A DNA stretch of 58,265 nt, filler included, from Sphacelaria rigidula (lineage: Eukaryota), in NCBI GenBank assembly GCA_964200075.2. It is 7 parts of 7 records of this genome, joined end to end, with 100 filler letters (N's around TTAATTAATTAA, not from the genome) between each part and the next. Parts side by side here need not be neighbours in the genome. Positions count along the whole stretch, not along the records: positions 8,340 to 16,578 come from CAXNAA020011814.1; positions 16,679 to 24,916 come from CAXNAA020011815.1; 5 more parts are not named here. One strand, given 5' to 3'. The stretch's first letter is position 1. Every line of letters starts with the position of its first letter. This document shows positions 10,791-22,027 of the stretch, one piece after another. The position numbers and the translations under genes are program-made. The notes beneath the pieces were generated by a model. It did no database searches. It worked only from the letters and a program-made list of their open reading frames with translations, and was not told the origin of the DNA.

Positions 10791-11936
10791 ATGGCTAGAG
10801 TCGATACATACAGGGAAAATTAACAGGTTATGCTCAGGACACAATCTTCACGTCGGCGTTGTTGGTGTGATACGTAGTACGACCTACTCTATCAGGAGGG
10901 TGCTACTGACCGCCATTGCTCCACAAAAGGCAACTTTCTTGGCTTGAGAGTGATGCTACGGTGGGGGTGCACAAATATTTTCCGAGGTTAGAATTATAAG
11001 GAGTATTTTATCGCATCAAAAATACGACTCATGAAATATGTGAGAGTACGCCAGGATTACTACTCAAATGTGCTATAGGGATATCCCGAATAAATTTGCA
11101 AACGGGGATGCCCTAGCCCGTATTCTTGTGCATCTCAAATCGTTGAGAGTCCCTGAACCAGACAAGATTATGCACAAAAAGGGCACCCCCTACCGTAGCA
11201 TCGCTTTTGAGCGCAATGACGATGTAGAGTTTCAGAACAGCACTCTTTTTGTTGCCTTGTTTTTCTAGTAGAACCCGTACTAGGTCTATCTTGGCGTGAT
11301 TTAATCCCCCTTCCTTTCTTTTCCTCTTTCCTCCTTTTCCCGCTTTGTTTCTTTGTGTTTGAGTTTTCTATTTCTCGTTTCCCCGTGCACTCTAATTTCA
11401 TTTCCCCCCTTTATCGAGCTCTCTTCAGCGAGTGTTGCCGGCTTTGTCTAGCTTCGGAGAGTCTATCTTGTGACAGCAGGTGGATTTCTAGCGGAGGCGT
11501 CAGTGTGTCGTAATCAAACCACCCAAATGGCCGTAACAGCCAATGTTTTGACCTGAAATTTGACGTTGAGCCGTGACATCTCGGAGAGACCTCATCATGT
11601 GGAGTTCCTAAGAGCAAAATCAGTTGTGAATGCGCCAGGGCACAGCAAATACTTAGTCCTGCTTCCCCACCCCCTTCCCCTCCTCAGCAGCGTGCGCAGC
11701 GATGATGGTAATGCCAACACAACCCGCTACTCCGGGAGGATTGCGGGGGTTCGCTCGGAACTGAACCAGCACCCCCCGGCTCCTGCTGGAGTCCGCTGAA
11801 GTTTCATGTTCAATGCCGATTTCCATGGCCACTGGCTTTCTAGCCCAAAGCTAGGGGCACTTATTGCTGTGTGCTGGTATGCATGTTATACCTTCAGCAC
11901 ATCATGCGTTGCAGCTTGACGCCACGTCCGCGAAAC

Positions 11937-11937
<1 letters not shown>

Positions 11938-11980
<43 letters not shown>

Positions 11981-12076
11981 CCACCACCAACAACGACGGC
12001 AACGACGGCAACGCCAACAACGCCAACAACGCCAACAACGCCAACAACGCCAACAACGCCAACAGCAATAAAAACA

Positions 12077-12108
<32 letters not shown>
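11938..12108. repeat. Compound microsatellite (CAG)n, (CCAACAACG)n, (GAC)n
   Basis: Read directly. Confidence 0.95.
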
Positions 12109-13589
12109 ACCGATCAACATTTTTTCCCGCTTGCGCGTTTGGATCCCGGATTGTAGTGGTAGGGCGATCTCTTGTCTCGGTTTGATCTGAGGCGGAAGGA
12201 CATATATTATAATGGTTGGTTTTTGCGTGTCATTACGTTGCATTATGTTGCCATATAATGGCTGTTCGTATATCTCACCACGAACGACATTGCTCCACGA
12301 CCATGCCTATGACCCGTGCGAAAATGGAATGATATTAGGAGTGCACGTCCCGGCGGGAATCGTGCTCTCACAACAATGGATCTGCTTCTTCGTTCAGGTT
12401 GCAACGCTGCGTGCACATAGGCTTCGCGTGGTCCGCGAAATGTCATCTATGAACGTGGTCGGCGTTCCATCCGACGCGCCATCAGGGTCGCCGATGAGGT
12501 ACTGCAGACGCTTGCACACTCGACCGTACAATAGGACTGTGGACCGCGGCACAACAAGCTATCATGCGTACCCTCTTGCCCTCCAGAATATGGTACTTCA
12601 GTTTTTCCGAGAGCATGTAAACCCACGTTGGTGCGATCAGCGAGACTGACTACCCGTTTGCGGAGCTACGCGAAACAAATTGGCTTGAGCGAGGGTAGCG
12701 GAGAGACGGGCAAGAGAGCACGTCAAACTGCGACAATTCGGACCGTTACCTTTCACAGCATTCGATCCGTCACCCGACCCTACTCAACACCCTTGTCGCG
12801 GTTCCGGCATGGCATCATCGCCGAACTACGGGCCATGGACAAGCTGTCATGAGAATACCGTCACGCTTCAATGATCCTATATAATTATGGTACTCCCGCG
12901 ACAATGCGGAGTTACACTAGCAAGAGAGTGACGGCAACACCACAGCACTCGCTGAAGTGGTACACGGTCGACGGCTTGATCGTGATTCGAATGGGCCACC
13001 ATCGGTCTCCCACCGTTGGGCGATGAAAAATGTATTTCCCGTGATCGGGCGTGTCGTCGTGGTCAATGCTATGAAATAGTACTTTCCAGCTTCCTCAGAC
13101 CTTCATCAAAGTGCTGTGTAACATGCTTACATCCGACAGCATCCTGCAAAGCTACAAAAAGTGGTCGTTTCCCTCAACCTCGAACCTTCGTTTGTTATTT
13201 CAATCCATCGGGAACAGGCGACGTTTTGCTGTCATATCGCCAGGTGATACCCGATTGCAAACCTAGGCACGCGATAATATTGTTAAGGAGACGGCGATCG
13301 AACAATTTGTATTGACGTTATGATTCGCACTCAATATAATAACACCTACGGCACGTTTGGGTCATCTCTGGGCTATATAACAAGCCAGCCGACGTGGTGT
13401 ACACCAATACACCAAATCCCACCGCACATGCATGTTTACGATACAGTGCATGCTTACGTTGCCATGCCTGCGACCACTATTTTGTGCCCTTTTATAAGAA
13501 ACCATTCGTGCATGTCGCTGTGGGGTTTTCATATTCTCCGATCTAAAGGCATCTTCCTCTTCCCTTCTCCCCGACCGCCACCCGTCTGG

Positions 13590-16578
13590 GGTTGGTTGTG
13601 TCGGGGTAGGCTGACCTCGCATCGACAACGCAACCAATAAGTAGGGGAGGGTAAGCTGACCTACTGGCTTGCCTGCAATTCGTGTTCGTAGTGATGCAAC
13701 GCACAGTCTAGGTAGTGGGTCTTGCCGACAGTGCTAGCTTCCAGGCTCAACCCTACAGCTTCGGGATTCTACCCTAGAATGGGAGCCAAATTGAACCCCG
13801 CAGCAGCAGCGTTTTACCCGATGTTGAGACACTGTCACGGAAAGTACGTTGATGAAGATGAGACGCGTGTGATAAAGTATCAGATTTTGTGGACTGGAAA
13901 TAGTGGCCGACGCGGGATGGGAAGGCTGCACCCTTCCCACGAGACCAACGGGCAAGCCAAGTACCGTGATGGACGTGTCAAAGCAGAATCGGTACAGAAT
14001 GGACGTGTCAAAGCAAAAAGCGTAAAACGCCCGTAAAATCAGGAGGTGGAACAGCCCAAGAAGGAGGGCGGAGCAAAGAGGAAGACGCGTGAATATAGAG
14101 AAGGCTATAGCTAGGTCGCATTGTGAGGAGCTCAAAGCAGCTACATATAACGTCCGTGCACTGTCTCTCACGCATTACGCTAGCCATGCCGAGGTGGTCC
14201 TGCAAAAATGTCGGGCAGTCGGATGTTACGTTACGGGGCTACAGGAAACGAGGAGACCAGGTCGATCCGAATTGTTTGCGTCGAGATATCGTGTCTTTTG
14301 CTGCGGGACAGAGGGAGGCAGGTGAAGGCTTGGTCGACATGGGGTTGGGTTTGCTGTCAAGAAGTCAATCATGAGCAAGGCGACGTGGACTCAGGCACTC
14401 ATCAGCGAACGCCTCATGTCGATGACTTTCAACCTAGCGGGTAAATCAAATGCTGCTACGAGTGTAGTTGTATATGCCCATACAGACAATCCACAATCAA
14501 GAGAAGAGAGAGATGTGTTCTGGACTGAGTTAGACGGCATTGTGAACCCTATTCCCCCCAAGCATCACCTGTTTATTTCAATGAACGCTAACGCGAGGAC
14601 GATAGCACGAACAGGCGAGAAGAAACGTAAAATTGTAGGAGCACTAGGCCGAGACTCCCGATCCAGCGACAGTAACTGCACATCTCTAATGCAATTTGCA
14701 GGCGACAATAGGCTTTCCCTGGTCAACAAGTTCTTTCCCACCCCCGAGGAAAACACTTCGCGTACGTTCAACGCTGTTGCAAATCGCCCTGCGGACAGAA
14801 AACGCATTGACTACATCATCGCACGGTGAGATCACTGCAGACTTGTTCGCAATGTCACCGCCCACTTTCAACCGCCGAACTCGCCGATCTCTGACCACAA
14901 CATCGTGTGCGCCTCAGTGCGGCTCCTTGGTCGCTTCGCACAGAACAGACGTGGACGAATCCCAATTAGGCGTACACCGATCGACAGACGGGCAATAATA
15001 TCTGACCCCGACAGGCGTGAGCAGCTCACCCAGCTCAACATCAGCGAGCTCAAACAGAGTACACCTGATGATACAGTTAGTCCACTGACTACGAACTCCG
15101 ACGTACTCTTGAGTGCCGCTGAAAAGGTGGTACCTCGTCTGACCCGACAACCATGTATACCGAGGTGGTTCTCTGAGAGCTACGACGGACGGCGAAGCAA
15201 CGGGTCCGGATGGTATTCCTGCTGAAATCCTCAAGCTTGGACTGGACGGGGAGGCGTCGGACATTCTGTACCACTTCCACAGCATCGTCTCTACGGTTCG
15301 GACATCTGGCGAGGTGCCGCAAGAATGGAAATATGTCACTATCAAAGTGTTACAATAAACACAAGATAGGACCCAATGTGTTAGCTACAGAGGCATTTCA
15401 CTTGTAGCATATACTGCTAAAGGTCTCCTTAAAATCGTAGCCAACAGGCTCGGTAATTTTTGTGAGGAAGCAGAAGATGTCTTCCCGGAAGAGCAGTGCG
15501 GATTTAGGCGCCAAAGATCGACCACAGACATGATCTTTGTAGTACTCCGACTTCAGGAGTTGGGACGGGCGAGCATCGTCCCACCAAACATGTGCTTTAT
15601 CGATCTGCAGAAAGCCTACGATTCTGTAGACCGCACGCTCCTGTGGGACGTGCTTGCTCGGTTCGGAGTCCCGCCGCGAATAATCATGAGCGCCGGTATG
15701 TTTCACGACGGCATGCGAGCTCCGGTACAGCTAGATGATGGCGAACTATCAGCGAGGTTCCACATCTGCCAGGGACTCAGACAAAGTTGCGTTTCCTCTC
15801 CGCTGTTGTTCATCTTCGGAGCAGGCTTGGTCAAAGCGATCGTTCAGCGGTTTGCGGTGGACCCAGTCATCGTCTCAGACTTGGTCTTTCTAGATGATGC
15901 GCCAAAAGGTGACGGTGGTGAACCCGTGGAAGAGACGCCGCTGGAAAAGGTGCGACGCGCTGTGTGAGCAGTGCTTATGCGAACAACGCCGGCATAGGCT
16001 CGCGGACCTCAGAAGGCCTTGCTCGGATGATGGCCGTGATAGTGATGACCTGCCAGGAATTCGGCCTGATGGTCTCCGAGAGCAAGACAGAGCCCATGCG
16101 CCTTTGGTCAGTACCCAGTCCCACAGAGACCGCCCTGGATATCAAAGCTGCATATCAACGGTATGCAGTAAACAGACGGGGAAGTTCATCTGCCTTGGTG
16201 GAGCTATCAGCGCGGATGCAAAAATGTCCATCGAAATCAGCCGCCGTATCAGCGCAGCGTGGGCGCGTATCCGAAAATATTGTATAGCTCCCAACTCCAC
16301 GACCGACCCAACGCGGAGCTATCCTTGAAAGTTCGACTGCTTAAAGCGGAGGTGGTAAAAGCTCTGTTATATGGATGCGCCACATGGACGCTTTGTTCCG
16401 AGGACTTCGACAGTCTGTGGATTGCCCATCACAAGCTGTCCGCAGGAAATATCGAGATAGCTACAAGCTTCTTTCGTACAGAGCAGTGCTCGAGATGACC
16501 AACTGCGAAGTTCGCTGTTTTCGTGAGATTGAGAGTAGATGATACGATTGAGAGTGGCTTTGATCATTCGCTTTAAGT
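13590..16578 (+). mobile_element. RTE-clade LINE, near full length but degenerate (5' region, APE endonuclease, RT); runs to the contig end
   Basis: APE motifs ATYNVR, GLQETR, HGVGFAV, VVYAHT, RIDYII and SDHNIV. RT motifs PEEQCGFR, FIDLQKAYDSVDR, GLRQSCVSSPLLF and YANN (decayed YADD). RTE-typical LLYGCATWTL. Stops and frameshifts are present. Confidence 0.93.
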
Positions 16579-16678
16579 NNNNNNNNNNNNNNNNNNNNNN
16601 NNNNNNNNNNNNNNNNNNNNNNTTAATTAATTAANNNNNNNNNNNNNNNNNNNNNNNNNNNNNNNNNNNNNNNNNNNN
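16579..16678. other. Artificial contig spacer
   Basis: N44-TTAATTAATTAA-N44. Confidence 0.99.
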
Positions 16679-16747
16679 CATACATACATACATACATACA
16701 TACATACATACATACATACATACATACATACATACATACATACATAC
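16679..16747. repeat. (CATA)n microsatellite at contig start
   Basis: Read directly. Confidence 0.97.
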
Positions 16748-16789
16748 TATTTGGAAATGTTAGCTTAGTGTAATGTATATCCGTTCTAT

Positions 16790-16940
16790 TTGTCTCAGTC
16801 TATCATGTCGTTCTGTTCGACTTTTTTTCTGCTCCTTCGTTTTCTTCAACGAGTGTCAGTTTTGCTTTTCTCGGGTACGTCTATCATGCGACCACGGCTG
16901 GACCCATGTGTGGTCAATTATAGTGCGACAATCAAATACA
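16790..16940 (+). repeat. Dispersed repeat family C
   Basis: ...GGGTACGTCTATCATGCGACCACGGCTGGACCC...GTGCGACAATCAAAT. Confidence 0.8.
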
Positions 16941-17128
16941 AATTGTTGCCTTCATTTTCGTGTACGACCTCTGGTCCATAATGTCGAGGTGATGAAGAGC
17001 AAAGTCACCTGTACTGCTCACGTCTAAGCCAAATGGCGGGGGTATAGATACCTCTAGCCCCATGCTTAACAGTAGCAGCGGCAATCTGACCCCCAGGTGT
17101 ACATGTCTCAGATGAGTCTTCGGAACTA

Positions 17129-18785
17129 TGGCCTCTGCCAGACGATCTGGACAAAAGGGCTTTCAACGAGGGACTCCTCCGGTATCACTGGCCTCGTGCT
17201 CGACAAGTCCTTTCTTCTAACTTGCTATTATCACGGAGTGATCCTCAAGAGACCACATCACGAGCCAGACAGCAAGGGACCACACATACAAGGGCCATCA
17301 ATCCAGGATCCCCTGTCCCCTGCGACTGCTCCAATCATGTATGCGATCATACTGAAACCTACGGCTTGGTATCATTTGGCCACAGCATCCTCAGAGAGAA
17401 TTCAAGACGAACGAAACCATCCTCATCAGGCAAACCATTACCAGCTTCAGGTCCGGTACTTTACACGTAAAAAACAAAATCAAAGTCAACAACTTCACCA
17501 GGCGCAGTACCATGCCCAGTACCGCCATACGGTTATTCCAGAGCGTCAATGAGGAGGAGGCTCCTGCGCGGTGGAGCGCTTGGTCGATCGGGGGGCCGAC
17601 ATGTCCATGGACCCTGCGGAGGAGAGAACTACCGGCCTGCACTTGCCGCAGAATCACGCCTGCCATGTGCCTCAATGGACTTCCACTGGTCGGCGGCATC
17701 AACTTTTTTTGTTGAGCACCTCCATCGGGTTCTTTTTCCAGCCGTCTACATACGTTAGTACACTTTTTAACATACGCCTTGAATTCCGGAGGCGAAATCC
17801 CGTCTACCAAAGCCGTGGAAACCGACTCGGCCGGGCCTGGCAACCGGCTCCTGTCCTCCGCACGGTACATAGCTCGCACCGTGAGGGTTTCTGCGAAGAA
17901 CGTTTCTATCGATGAATTGACCATCATCGCACGATCCTTGACGGATATTTCACCGCTTTGTGGCATAGTGACAACTCTACGTAGGTCTGCTGCAGCCCGC
18001 GCAGTGTCATGCTTGCCGCCGGTTGTGGTGTACCCGGCATGCTGCTTTACAGCATCTAGATATTCGTCGGGGGTCATAGCCCGACGGTCCTTGTACATGC
18101 CTTCAAAGCACCGGTAAATATATGTTAAGATAAGTTGTCCGATGCTCACCCTGGTATGCCTTATGACTCCTTGTTCATTGGCCAGATGCAACCTCTCTAA
18201 ATAGTCGAGATATTTTGCCCAAAAAACGTTTTAGGCTTCCTCGGTCCACACTTCACCATACTTTGGCAGTTCTTGCGGCTCACCTAACACCAGCGGCGCT
18301 GCCACCGCTTGAACCATGTCGTTAAGGATTCACCACTTTACGAAGGGACTCTTGCCTGACTTCCGCGTTCTCCAGCCCATAGAGCGTCCTCCATTGCGGT
18401 GCGCTTCAAGTTGGCTTCAAGTTGGTCTCCTCCCGACTGCGAGCCAGGCTGGCTTCCAGCTGCGGCCCCACTCTTCAGCCTAACTCCTCCAGCAGAGTGC
18501 CGAAGAGAAAAATATCTAGATATTATAGCCTCTGCCAGACGATCTGGACAAGAGGACTTTCAACGAGGGTCTCCTCCAGTATCACTGGCCTCGTGCTTGA
18601 CAAGACCTTTCTTCTAGCTTGTCATTATCACGGAATGATCCTCAACAGACCACATCACGAGCCAGATAGCAACGGGCCACACAGGTAAGGGTCATCAATC
18701 CAGGATCCCCTGTCCCCTGCCACTGCTCCAATCATGCATGCGATTATACTGAAACCTTACGGCTTGGTATCATTTGGCTGCAGAA
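17129..18785 (-). mobile_element. Non-autonomous gag-only LTR retroelement (LTRs 17129-17387 and 18526-18785)
   Basis: Two ~260-bp direct repeats, the first bounded by TG...CA. The 1.14-kb internal region holds a gag-like frame and no recognisable pol. Confidence 0.8.
17391..18317 (-). pseudogene. gag-like ORF of the LTR element (one early in-frame stop, frameshifted 3' part)
   Basis: ATG at 18317: MVQAVAAPLVLGEPQELPKYGEVWTEEA*NVFWAKYLDYLERL... is in frame with ORF 17391-18191 (...LVDGISPPEFKAYVKK). The gag call rests on position and composition. Confidence 0.55.
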
Positions 18786-19440
18786 CAATTCCTTTCGCAA
18801 TGCCTCGGAGAGGAAATGGGGGCAGCCAAGATGCCGCGAAGAAGTAGAACGGTTGTTGTTTCTCCGTAAAGACAGTGACAGCGGGGGATCTCCGAAAAGG
18901 GGTACGTATGTAAGTTTTGCCTCCCCAAACCATTCACTTTTTTTGGGCAGGGGCGGGGGGGGGGGGGGCTATAGTAGGAAGAGCCATGTTCTCGTCGACG
19001 GCGGAAAAGAAAGGCCTGTATAATGTCAAATTTGCATTCCGAGTAAGAATAAAATTTTAATGCGACTGTCCCGCCTACTGGCGTATAATTTTTTGTTGTG
19101 ACGTTTTTGCGTGTATTCGTAAAGAAATCTTCCCTAAACTCGTCGAACGAGCGCACCGTGCTTACCTTACCCTTATGTCATGGACCGAAGAACTATGATT
19201 CACGCTATACTGTAATGTCTTTTTAAGCAACAACTGACGTAATTGCTTGCTCGCTTGAAGTATTTATTGAAATAGAGGCGGCTGAAGTATGTTTGGTTTC
19301 TCGGAAAAAATGACCTGATAAAACGATGTCTTTTTCGAGCAGCAATTAGCGTCAATGTTTGTTTGCTATCTCTTGAACCTTCATTAAAATAGACCGGCGA
19401 GATTTTTCCTTTTTTTTTTTTCTCGAAAAAGTGACCAAAC

Positions 19441-19620
19441 TGGGAAATAACCAAACTGGCGGAAGAGATACGTGCCCGAGAAGCAGCACGGAAAGCACAG
19501 AGGGCTACCGCGACGAGGCTGCAGGCGTGGGGAAAAGGAGTGGTGACTCGGACTGAGTTGGCTGCTGCGTTGTCGGCGAGGGGCCCTCCCTCTTTGAGGA
19601 ATAGGAGGCGTTTGTGTGAG
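19441..19620 (+). CDS. Exon encoding an IQ-like motif followed by a SAP-like motif (possibly a pseudo-exon)
   Basis: EITKLAEEIRAREAARKAQRATATRLQAWGKGVVTRTELAAALSARGPPSLRNRRRLCE then donor GAG|GTGAGC. A small duplication (ACCAAACTGG x2) obscures the acceptor side. Confidence 0.45.
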
Positions 19621-19730
19621 GTGAGCACATCTCGTCATGTTCACCGTGACGCTCAGGATCATTCATGCTTGCCGTGGAGTCTTGGGGAAATGTCTCTAGT
19701 GGCGGTATCATTGCTATTATAGTTGTAACC

Positions 19731-20042
19731 GCCGCGCCCCATTGGTGTAATGATCCGGCTGTCGCCATCAGGGTGAAGAGAACGAGGGCTCGATTCTCGA
19801 CGTGTTGGGTTTTTTCTTCGTAATTTATGATTTCCACCGTGGAAAGCGTGAGAACGTGAGTATTCTAAGTAGTCGACTGAGTTCGTGTGACGTGAGTTGA
19901 CGCGGTGCGGGAGTGCTGATCCAATCCGCGAGATCAAAATGCAAGGCGTGTATCGCAGAGGAGACGGGTTGATCGCTTGACACCACGGACTCATCCTGAC
20001 GAAAGGGGGAGGGGTTCAAGGTGCGACAAATAAAAGAAAATA
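19731..20042 (+). mobile_element. tRNA-derived SINE, family B, full length
   Basis: A-box-like TGGTGTAATG, B-box-like GGCTCGATTCTC, A-rich tail GTGCGACAAATAAAAGAAAA. Colinear with the reverse complement of 26125-26453. Confidence 0.85.
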
Positions 20043-21157
20043 GAACATAAACAATGAATACTTCCAAGGTAACTGCGCCAGATAGGGCTATGACACGACG
20101 CAGGTAGAAGTTGGTAGAACAACAAAAGTCGATGGATGGAGATCGACGGACTGCTGGAAGACAATTTCAGTTTTCGATAGTTGATCGTCCGGCGGGTACC
20201 GCGGGAAGCGTGGTAGGTTGGCCGATCGAGACGCCGGAGTGATCCCGATAAGGACAGAGAAGAGGACCTGAGTTGAAAACATGGCGAGGAAAGCAAATGA
20301 TATCCCTCCCAAAAAGCGCGGTCCACATATACGGCTATCTTCTGCCTTTTGCTGCGGTGTTTTCTTCGCTTCGCTTCTGTTCTTGCGTTTTGTTTTGTCT
20401 CTGTTGGCATTTTCAATGAACCCGCGTTGCGCGTTTATATCATTTTCCACTTTTGTCAACGTTTCGGCCTCCCATGTTTTCTCCACTATTTGTTTTGTTT
20501 TGTTTTTGCTTTCAGAGTTAGCTTCCCTGTGCGTGTGTGTATCTTCGTTTTTCAGCTGCGTGTTCGTTGATTGATAAATGACTTTGCTCCTCATTATTTT
20601 TGCTTTGTGCGCATGATTGCATCATTGCGTGCCATGTGCTTGTGTGCGTCTTTTGAAGGATGCTCGGCAACCGCAGCTACCGCCCCTAAGCTGCCAACCT
20701 CACCAAAGAGATATATCATCAACACATCGAGACATTCCTGTTGCCTTCGATACTCACCTCTCTCACGTCCCGTCTATCTCGACGTCACCGGCAACAGCTG
20801 ATAATTCCCGGGAGTGTATCGGCGCAACGTTTTGACGTCCTTCGGACTCGGAGATCGGGGCCAGCGATGGTCCATTTATTGTGAAAAGGTATGCCTCGGA
20901 GTATCGGTTACAATGTTGCTCGGTTCCGTTGCACCACGTGAGGATATCTCACACGACGGCACGTAAAAGTTTCGTCGTGCGGAAAGGCAAGAGTTTTCGG
21001 TGTGCGCGCGGTTGTGTTGTAGAGTTTCATCAATCGATGAATGAATGAAGGAACGAATGGATGGCTGAATCAAATGTTTCGACGGATGGTCTCTTGTAGC
21101 ACGCCAATTCCTAGGAACGTCGTTCCCGCCGTCCACTCGGTACGCTACGGTGCGTCA

Positions 21158-21187
21158 CGTTACGTTACGTTACGTTACGTTACGTTG
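21158..21187. repeat. (TTACG)n microsatellite
   Basis: Read directly. Confidence 0.9.
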
Positions 21188-21481
21188 GGGGAGGGCAGTT
21201 GCTGCTTGCACAATTACCAAGTGTCGTGCTCCTCTCCGGACGTTTCGTGAGCGACTGGTTTTATCGGTATCGGCTTCTCTCATTGTTCATTGCGTCACGA
21301 GAGTATCGTCATCCTCCGGCGAGAGGCGAAAGGCACCAGCGCCACACTCATCCTGTCGTCTCATCCGTGCTCATCTGTGTCTCCGAACGCAAGAGGGAAC
21401 GAAAACACAATCACATCCCAACGGCTCACCAGCGCGACTCGCCAGGCTATCACCAGCACGCGTTGAGGTTGGTAGGCATTC

Positions 21482-21635
21482 AAGTCTACTATGTCGTTCT
21501 GTTTGACGTTTTTCTGTTCCTTTTTTCTTCAGCAAGTGTTTCAGTCCTGTTTTCCTTGGGTACACGTCTATCATGCGACCACGGCTGAACCCCTGGGGGG
21601 TCGGTTGACGTACGACAAGCAATCAATGAATCAAC
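21482..21635 (+). repeat. Dispersed repeat family C
   Basis: Ends TACGACAAGCAATCAATGAATCAA. Confidence 0.8.
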
Positions 21636-21669
21636 AGGAGTGATGGCAGCGTAGAATAGCTATACAATC

Positions 21670-22027
21670 TGTGTTGTGTGTGTGTGTTGTCGTCCCATCT
21701 ATTTTCGACGCCGGTCGGCGCACCGGCCGGGGTCCCACTGGAGGGAGGCCAACACAGGAGTTTCGTCTTGTCTTTTTTTTGTTTTTACTTCTCCACCTTT
21801 CTTTTGCGGTGCTTGCGTTTATTTGTTACCACGAGAGGGATTCAGCAGTCCCCTTTTCCCTCGTCGACCACTACGTCGAATTCTGTGTACCCACGGTATA
21901 GTCGCTCTCCACTGTTGGACATTGTGTGAGAAATACTCCCAGATCGTGTGACAGCACCGAGATTCGAACCCACCGCCCAACCGTCCGAAGATGTCGAGGT
22001 TACCAGCTGAGCCACCGGGGCGACCGG
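21670..22027 (-). mobile_element. tRNA-derived SINE, family A, full length with (CA)n tail
   Basis: Head CCGGTCGCCCCGGTGGCTCAGCTGGT...GGGTTCGAATCTCGG; tail ...GATGGGACGACAACACACACAC. Confidence 0.85.

Noticed and set aside
11864..12243. PolyQ/polyA/PT-repeat ORFs as proteins
   Set aside because: Open in several frames on both strands only because they span a compound microsatellite; no splice or homology support.
16500..16940. Family C repeat as the direct 3' end of the RTE LINE
   Set aside because: The two are separated by an artificial spacer and lie on different contigs; adjacency is not evidence.
20088..20594. 168-aa K/E/N-rich minus-strand ORF
   Set aside because: Low-complexity A-rich sequence with no recognisable motif or splice support.
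21955..22027. tRNA genes (also 50-135, 19731-19800, 26380-26453, 51080-51148)
   Set aside because: A and B boxes are present, but there is no clean cloverleaf and each continues into a shared repeat body and tail; these are SINE heads.
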